Of a DNA stretch of 64,000 nt, positions 57,943 to 64,000 are shown in pieces. The notes under the pieces are model-generated. The model had not been told where the DNA came from. It saw nothing but the letters and a program-made list of their open reading frames with translations, and made no database searches. Every line of letters begins with the position of its first letter. Position 1 is the first letter of the stretch. The stretch is from an archaeon (GTDB lineage Archaea; Nanobdellota; Nanobdellia; Pacearchaeales; GW2011-AR1): NCBI GenBank assembly GCA_018657525.1, contig JABHWZ010000009.1, forward strand, positions 2,855 through 66,854. Direction: 5' to 3'. The position numbers were made by a program, and so were the translations under genes.

Positions 57943-58239
57943 ATGAGTGAATTTTTATGGCATAAGGTTTCTGAAAAAGAGAAAGAAGAAATTTCTAAAA
58001 AAGCAAAGTTAATAATGGATAATTTTTCTAAAAAGTTAGATTTTGTAAAAGAGAGTATGTCTGAGAATTTTATTGAGGGGGCACTGCTCAGTGTACCTTT
58101 AGTTGCGGAATGCCATGGTAAAATTTTTGAGAGGGAGGAAGGTAATTGTGAAGGGTTGGATATAAATAGAAAAGTTATGTTTGAGAATGCTCCTCAAAAA
58201 AATGATTCTTTTATAATTGCGGAGAAAAAGAAATGGTAG
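57943..58239 (+). CDS. gatC: Amidotransferase subunit C-like protein with an 18-aa in-frame repeat insertion
   Basis: Small gene upstream of gatA; helical N-terminus, ERE, MFENAPQKNDSFII. Confidence 0.7.
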   Translation: MSEFLWHKVSEKEKEEISKKAKLIMDNFSKKLDFVKESMSENFIEGALLSVPLVAECHGKIFEREEGNCEGLDINRKVMFENAPQKNDSFIIAEKKKW

Positions 58240-58248
58240 GCAGATTAA

Positions 58249-58590
58249 ATGTTTGAAACAATTGAAGCAATGAGGATTGCAATTACACAATTTTTGAGTG
58301 TAACTTTAGTTAATAATTCCTTTCTTTTTTTGAATCTTTGGTCGTTTGTTCATTTTATTAGTGGAGGAATTATTATGGTTTTATTATTGAAATATCCATT
58401 TTTTAGAAAACGTAATTCTCTTTTTGTTTTATTAATTTTACTTGGATTGTGGGAAATTGTGGAGTACCCTCTTTATACTTTTAAGTTGGGTTTTGCTATA
58501 GAAAATAGAATTGATATTGCGTGGGATTTAGTTCTTGGGATGTTTGGGGGAATTATAACTCATAATTATTTTAATGGGGGAAAGAAATGA
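58249..58590 (+). CDS. Small membrane protein
   Basis: WSFVHFISG, LWEIVE, DIAWDLVLG. Confidence 0.7.
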   Translation: MFETIEAMRIAITQFLSVTLVNNSFLFLNLWSFVHFISGGIIMVLLLKYPFFRKRNSLFVLLILLGLWEIVEYPLYTFKLGFAIENRIDIAWDLVLGMFGGIITHNYFNGGKK

Positions 58591-59876
58591 AAAAAACAAT
58601 TGAACAAATAAAAAAAGAAAATAAAAAGATTAATGCGATTTTGGAATTTAATTCAGATTTTAAAAAAAATAAATTGGGGCGTAAAGGAAAACTTGTTGGG
58701 AAGGTGATTGGAGTTAAGGCTAATATTTGTGTGGAGGGATTGCATGCGTCGTGTGCTTCGAAAGTTTTAGAAAATTATAGGGCACCTTATGATGCAGATG
58801 TTATTTCAAAAGTGAAAAAAGAAGGGGGGGTTATTTTAGGAATGTGTAATATGGATGAATTTGCCTCTGGAAATTCAGGAGAGACTTCTGCTTTTGGTCC
58901 AACTCAAAATCCCACTATTGCGGGATATATCCCGGGAGGTTCTAGTTCTGGTCCAGCTGCCTGTGTTGCTGCTGAGTTTTGCGATTTAGCGGTGGGTTCG
59001 GATACTGGGGGTTCAATTAGAAATCCAGCTTCATTTTGCGGGATGGTTGGTTTAAAACCTAGTTATGGTGCGGTTTCAAGATACGGATTAATTGATTTAG
59101 CTATGAGCGCAGATACAATTGGCCCAATAGCAAAAACTGTGGAAGATTGTGCTTTACTATATTCTGTTATTTATGGACGAGATGAAAAAGATGCAATTTC
59201 TCAAAAAACTCAGTTTAATTTAGACAAGATTAAAAAAGTTCCTAAAAAAATAGTTGTGGGAATTTTAGATTTGTCTGAATTAAAAGTGGATAAAAAAATT
59301 GTTGAATTAGTTGAGAATAAAATTAAGAAAAGTTGCGAGGAGTATAGATGGGAAATTAAGAAAATGAAAATTCCTCATTTGGACTTGGCAGTTGAAACTT
59401 ATTATCCAATTGTTTATGTTGAAGCATTTTCTGGGACTTGTAAATTAGATGGTAGAAGATTTGGAAAAAAAGTGGAGGATGCTGCTGGTCCTGAATTTTT
59501 GAGAAGAGTGCTGGGAGGGAAAGAGATAACAAAAGCAGAGCATTCCGGAAGATATTATAACAAAGCGATGCAAGTAAAGAACTTTATTGAAAAAGAATTT
59601 GAGAAAGTTTTCGAAAAGTTTGATTGTGTGGTTTGTCCAACTGTGCCTCGTTTGCCTTGGAAAATTGGCGAGAATATTTCTATTGAAGAAAATTATGCGG
59701 CAGATGCTTTGACCATTCCTTCAAGTTTGGCTGGAAACTGTGCTATTTCAATTCCTTCAGGGGAAATTAATAAAATTCCAGTAGGGATGCAAATTATTTG
59801 TGATAAATTTCAAGAAGAAAAATTGTTACAGATTGCTAATGCGGTTGAGAAAACAAAATGCAAAAATTTAAAGTAG
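58587..59876 (+). CDS. gatA: Asp/Glu-tRNA amidotransferase subunit A
   Basis: Amidase signature: VKAN, NMDEFA, PGGSSSG, GSDTGGSIRNPA, VSRYGL. Confidence 0.95.
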   Translation: MKKTIEQIKKENKKINAILEFNSDFKKNKLGRKGKLVGKVIGVKANICVEGLHASCASKVLENYRAPYDADVISKVKKEGGVILGMCNMDEFASGNSGETSAFGPTQNPTIAGYIPGGSSSGPAACVAAEFCDLAVGSDTGGSIRNPASFCGMVGLKPSYGAVSRYGLIDLAMSADTIGPIAKTVEDCALLYSVIYGRDEKDAISQKTQFNLDKIKKVPKKIVVGILDLSELKVDKKIVELVENKIKKSCEEYRWEIKKMKIPHLDLAVETYYPIVYVEAFSGTCKLDGRRFGKKVEDAAGPEFLRRVLGGKEITKAEHSGRYYNKAMQVKNFIEKEFEKVFEKFDCVVCPTVPRLPWKIGENISIEENYAADALTIPSSLAGNCAISIPSGEINKIPVGMQIICDKFQEEKLLQIANAVEKTKCKNLK

Positions 59877-59924
59877 AGTAATAATCACAATAGTTTTTAT
59901 AAAATACTTTGATTTTATTTTTCC

Positions 59925-60413
59925 ATGAAATATGATAAAAATCAAGTTCATTATGTGACAGCTACGGCAATTTTGGTTAAAGATGGAAAGTTTTTAATTG
60001 TTAAGAGGGCAGATTGGGAAAAGGCGTTTCCTGGGAAGTGGACTGTGCCTGGAGGAAAGTTGGAGGTTTTAGATTATGCCTTAAGAAATAAAGACACTTC
60101 TGCTCATTGGTATAATGTTGTTGAAGACTTGGTTAAAAAAGAGGTCGAAGAAGAAGTGGGATTGGGAATAAAAAATTTGGGTTATGTAACAAGTTTAGTT
60201 TATGTGCGGAGTGATAATATTCCTTCTTTAATTGTTAGTTTATGGGGAGAGCCAGTAGGAGATGAAATTAAACTCTGTTCTGCTTTGACAGAATTTAAAT
60301 GGGTTAGCTTAGAAGATGCAAAAGAATGTGATTTAATCGAAGGTATTTATGAAGAATTGGAAATTTTAGAGAAGAAATTGAAGACTGGTAATATGGGCAG
60401 ATGGGGTAATTGA
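59925..60413 (+). CDS. NUDIX hydrolase
   Basis: WTVPGGKLE..KEVEEEVGL (Nudix box with insertion). Confidence 0.88.
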   Translation: MKYDKNQVHYVTATAILVKDGKFLIVKRADWEKAFPGKWTVPGGKLEVLDYALRNKDTSAHWYNVVEDLVKKEVEEEVGLGIKNLGYVTSLVYVRSDNIPSLIVSLWGEPVGDEIKLCSALTEFKWVSLEDAKECDLIEGIYEELEILEKKLKTGNMGRWGN

Positions 60414-60451
60414 GACAATAGTTTTAAAAATAAATTCTTTATTGAGTTATT

Positions 60452-61126
60452 ATGGAAGTTAATGGAATTGATATTAAGTGGTTGGGAAATGCGGGAATTT
60501 TAATTAAAAATTTAAATGGAGGGAAGGTAATTTATATTGATCCCTATAATCTTAGAGAGGATTTAGAGAAAGCAGATTTGATTTTTTTGACACATAGCCA
60601 CTATGATCATTGTAGTGTTGCAGATATTTCTAAAATTATTAAATCTGGAACTAAAATTATTATGCCTGCAGATTGCCAGAGTAAAATTTTGAGATTTGAG
60701 ATTCCGATTAAATATCAGATTGTGAGTCCGGGTTTTGAATTAAGTTTGGGAGAGATTAAAGTTAGTTGTTTTCCTGCTTATAATCTTGATAAAAATTTTC
60801 ATCCTAAGAATGAGGAGTGGGTGGGATATCTAATTAAAATTGGAGATGTTTTGATTTATCATTCAGGGGATACTGATAAAATTCCTGAGATGCAACGATT
60901 GACAGGACATAAGCAATCTGGGAGAAAGTTGGTGGCAATACTATCAGTAGGAGGGAGATTTACGATGAATGCTGAAGAAGCAGCTGAAGCAGCTAAATTG
61001 ATTAAACCAGATATTGCAATCCCAATTCATTATGGAAGTGTTTCTGGAACTTTGGAAGACGCTGAAGAATTTAAAGAACTTTGTGAATTAGAAAATGTTA
61101 AAGTTAAAATTTTAGAGAAAGAGTAA
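60452..61126 (+). CDS. Metallo-beta-lactamase fold hydrolase
   Basis: IDPY, THSHYDH, YHSGDT, PIHYG. Confidence 0.92.
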   Translation: MEVNGIDIKWLGNAGILIKNLNGGKVIYIDPYNLREDLEKADLIFLTHSHYDHCSVADISKIIKSGTKIIMPADCQSKILRFEIPIKYQIVSPGFELSLGEIKVSCFPAYNLDKNFHPKNEEWVGYLIKIGDVLIYHSGDTDKIPEMQRLTGHKQSGRKLVAILSVGGRFTMNAEEAAEAAKLIKPDIAIPIHYGSVSGTLEDAEEFKELCELENVKVKILEKE

Positions 61127-61135
61127 TTTTGTTTC

Positions 61136-61218
61136 TTTTTATATTTAGGTCACGTTAAATCTATTCTCATGTAGTCTGACTACACTTCGAATAAATTTGC
61201 CTAACCTAAATATAAAAA
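61136..61218. repeat. Long imperfect hairpin (83 bp)
   Basis: 15-bp perfect outer inverted repeat TTTTTATATTTAGGT/ACCTAAATATAAAAA with inner stems. Confidence 0.75.
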
Positions 61219-61354
61219 TAATTCAAAATTAAAATTAAAAAGAAAATTGAAGATGAAAAATGAGAATATTATTTTAGGAGATATTTTTGTAGGAGGAGAT
61301 TTTAAAATTTTAAAGAAAGAGTAAATTTATAAAGTTGAATTTTTTTAATAGATT

Positions 61355-61567
61355 ATGGTAAAGAAAAAAAAGAGTAGTGAACAAGTTTGTAAGAAGATGG
61401 ATAATTGTTCTGGACCTGGCGCAATTTACGGGCTTGGTCTTATTGGTTCAATTGTTTATTACATATCGACTGCAACTGGATTTTGGGTAGGAGTTTTAGG
61501 AGTTTTGAAATCTCTAGTGTGGCCTGCATTTGTTGTTTATGAATTAATGCAATCTTTAGGAATGTAA
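61355..61567 (+). CDS. Small membrane protein
   Basis: GAIYGLGLIGS..GFWVGVLGVLKSLVWPAF. Confidence 0.75.
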   Translation: MVKKKKSSEQVCKKMDNCSGPGAIYGLGLIGSIVYYISTATGFWVGVLGVLKSLVWPAFVVYELMQSLGM

Positions 61568-61569
61568 AA

Positions 61570-61874
61570 TGGGGTTCTTTTTTCAAAAAAAGAACCTACA
61601 GTGGTAGAAAAAAATATGTTGACAAATCTTATTCAAGATTTGTGAGTGAGAATTTTCTTCTTTTTGCCTCCTAAGGAAAATTCCCGGCCCTCCCCCTCTT
61701 TTTTCAAAAAGAAAATCTACAGGGGTAGAAAAAAATATGTTGACAAATCTTATTCAAGATTTGTGAGTGAGAATTTTCTTCTCTGCTCAAGCTCACACTC
61801 GCTTTTTGTGACGTTCGCTTTGCTCACAAATTTTTGCGAGGGTAAACTTTCGGCCTCCCATGGAAAATTCCCCC
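61570..61874. repeat. Two tandem family E repeats (121-bp offset); the second carries a nested hairpin insert
   Basis: GGTAGAAAAAAATATGTTGACAAATCTTATTCAAGATTTGTGAGTGAGAATTTTCTTCT occurs twice. Confidence 0.92.
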
Positions 61875-61909
61875 GATAGATTTATATTTGTTAGTTTTTA
61901 ATTAATTTT

Positions 61910-62551
61910 ATGAAAGATAATTTTAATCAGCGTAAGCAGGATATTTTGAATAAGAAAGATAAATCTTCTATTGGAGAATGGGATGAGCATATTGAAGGGC
62001 TTTGTGATAAAATAAATTCTTTGGAAAATTATTACACGACTTCGTCGTGTTCAGGGAGAATTATTGTTCTGAAAGATGTTGCAAAAAAAGGTCCTGGACT
62101 TTTTGAATTTGTGAGTCATGATTCGGTTGATGAGAAAAGATTTTTTGAGTTTTTGAAAGAATTTTCTTCATGCCCTCCTGCAGACCATCCAGGGACTCGC
62201 TCACAAGTTCGCTCGCAAAATTTAATTGATTCAGAAAATTTTATACAAAATTCAAATTTGAAGTTTAAATCAGAACCACTCATTCTCCATATTGCGTGTA
62301 GGGATTTGGATTCTGCGAAAATTTTGTTAGATAAAATAAGGGATGCTGGTTTTAAGAGAGCTGGGATTATTTCGTTAGGAAAAAATATTATTATTGAAAT
62401 TATTGGAACTGAAAAAATGGAGTTTCCTTTAGTTAAGGATGGAAAATTATTAGTTAATTGGGATTTTTTGAAAATTGTTTTGGAAAGGGCGAATAGTAAT
62501 TTGGAGCGAGGTTGGGAAAAGATTAAGAAGTTGAGAAAATTATTTGATTAA
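61910..62551 (+). CDS. taw3: tRNA wyosine-derivative methyltransferase Taw3/TYW3 with in-frame insertion
   Basis: YYTTSSCSGRI, EPLILHIAC, AGFKRAGI. Confidence 0.9.
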   Translation: MKDNFNQRKQDILNKKDKSSIGEWDEHIEGLCDKINSLENYYTTSSCSGRIIVLKDVAKKGPGLFEFVSHDSVDEKRFFEFLKEFSSCPPADHPGTRSQVRSQNLIDSENFIQNSNLKFKSEPLILHIACRDLDSAKILLDKIRDAGFKRAGIISLGKNIIIEIIGTEKMEFPLVKDGKLLVNWDFLKIVLERANSNLERGWEKIKKLRKLFD

Positions 62552-62581
62552 ATTTATAAAGAGGGTTTGATTAAAAAAGAT

Positions 62582-62758
62582 ATGTCAAGTTTAGCTGAAA
62601 GGTCGTTGAGAATATTGAAAGATAGAATAGCAAGAGATCCAGTTGAATATAAGAAATCGCGGAAATTTTTATTGGAACGTCAAAATGAAGAATATCCTAT
62701 GAATCCTGCTCCTGAGGAGTATGAGTTAGCTAGAGAAATAAGACAAAAGAGAAAGTGA
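62582..62758 (+). CDS. Hypothetical small protein
   Basis: Short ORF after TTTATAAA. Confidence 0.45.
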   Translation: MSSLAERSLRILKDRIARDPVEYKKSRKFLLERQNEEYPMNPAPEEYELAREIRQKRK

Positions 62759-62895
62759 GTATTTATTCTGTTGTTTCAATCTATTCTTTTTAGTTACATA
62801 ATCTATATAAATAAAATTAGCGTCGATTTTTTCATAGGGTCTCTGACTTAGTCAGAAGTTTATAGAATTTAAAAGGAGGTCAATTTAAAAAAGAA

Positions 62896-63972
62896 ATGGT
62901 ATTAGATTTTGCAAAAGAAGCTATTGATAACGCTGATAGTCATAGCATTAATTTTGATGAGTTAAGAGCTGGGAAAGCAAACATTAAAGTTATTGGTTGT
63001 GGTGGAATGGGCGGAAATGCTGTTACATGGTTATTTAACAAAGGTATTAACGGTGCGACAATTTATTCTGCTAATACAGATGCTTTGCATCTTAGTGTTA
63101 CAAAAGCTGATGAGAAAATTCTTGCTGGAAAAGAATTAACAAGAGGTCTTGGTTGTGGTGCAGTTCCTGCAAAAGGTAGGGAAGCCGCTAAAGAATCTAT
63201 TGTTGAATTTAAGAAAGCAGTTTCAGGCGCAGATATGGTTTTTATCATTGCTGGAATGGGCGGAGGCTCAGGAACAGGAATGGCACCAGTTGTTGCTCAA
63301 TTAGCTAAGGAAGTTGGAGCGATTGTTATTGGTGTGGTTACGATGCCTTTTGAATCTGAGAAAGCAAGAATAGACAAAGCTGAATTTGGTTTACAAGAAC
63401 TTCGAGAAGTTACTGATACTTGTATAGTGTTGGACAATAATCGACTTGTAGATATAGCTGGACAATTACCTATCGAACAAGCTTTTGCCGTCGCTAATGA
63501 ACTAATTTCTACTATGATTAAAGGTATTGTTGAGACAATTACTCTTCCAAGTTTAATTAATTTGGATTACGCAGATGTTTCAGCTATTATGAAAAATGGT
63601 GGAGTTGCGGTTATTGGTATTGGTGAAGCAGATACTCAGGATAAAGTTACTGAAGCAGTGAAACAAGCCCTAATAAATCCTCTACTTGATGTGGATTACC
63701 AAGGTGCTACTGGTGCATTGATTCATGTGACGTGCGGTCCTGATTTGAAATTAGAAGAGTTTGATGTAATTGGTAGAACTGTATCTGAAAGTTTAAGTCC
63801 TGATGCGCAAGTTATTATCGGAGCTAGAATTAGTAAAGAATTTACTGGTAAAGTTCGAGTGATAACTATTATGACTGGTGTTCAATCGCCATATGTATTA
63901 GGAAGAGCTGACGATCTAAATTCAACCCCACAAAGAGAAATGTCTGACTTAGGCATTGAGATGTGGAAATAA
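62896..63972 (+). CDS. ftsZ: Cell division protein FtsZ
   Basis: GCGGMGGN, ANTD, AGMGGGSGTG, PFESE, NLDYAD. Confidence 0.97.
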   Translation: MVLDFAKEAIDNADSHSINFDELRAGKANIKVIGCGGMGGNAVTWLFNKGINGATIYSANTDALHLSVTKADEKILAGKELTRGLGCGAVPAKGREAAKESIVEFKKAVSGADMVFIIAGMGGGSGTGMAPVVAQLAKEVGAIVIGVVTMPFESEKARIDKAEFGLQELREVTDTCIVLDNNRLVDIAGQLPIEQAFAVANELISTMIKGIVETITLPSLINLDYADVSAIMKNGGVAVIGIGEADTQDKVTEAVKQALINPLLDVDYQGATGALIHVTCGPDLKLEEFDVIGRTVSESLSPDAQVIIGARISKEFTGKVRVITIMTGVQSPYVLGRADDLNSTPQREMSDLGIEMWK

Positions 63973-64000
63973 GTTTTTAATTTTGAGGACTCCTTGGTTT

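Overview
AT-rich, gene-dense archaeal chromosome segment. The gene content (TFB, TFE, S3Ae/S8e/S17e/L44e, GINS, EndA, GatDE plus GatCAB, FtsY, FtsZ, bacterial-type AspRS and TGT, giant secreted proteins) points to a DPANN/Nanoarchaeota lineage such as Pacearchaeota; this assignment is an inference. It is mostly housekeeping and rich in tRNA-related genes, with six intron-less tRNA genes and no transposase, integrase, reverse transcriptase or CRISPR array that I could recognise. The striking feature is a set of short (about 35-200 bp), GC-richer, hairpin-forming dispersed repeats in several modular families. All six tRNAs are followed by a partial copy of their own 3' end, usually starting at T-loop position 56, with a structured insert in between. 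Two tRNAs (Leu, Cys) are also preceded by copies of their 5' ends interrupted at the D-arm by a shared hairpin. Related modules sit in frame inside gatB, gatC and tyw3, lie at the termini of rps3ae, tfe and gatE, accompany a duplicated ftsY 3' end, and nest inside one another. Other points of interest: a GlyRS with a DNA-binding-like N-terminal fusion, a minimal [FeFe]-hydrogenase-like protein, an orphan barnase-like RNase, a dhs-decarboxylase operon with a uORF, and a small-regulator / pilin-like / 1998-aa ankyrin surface-protein locus. All calls were made by eye with no database searches.
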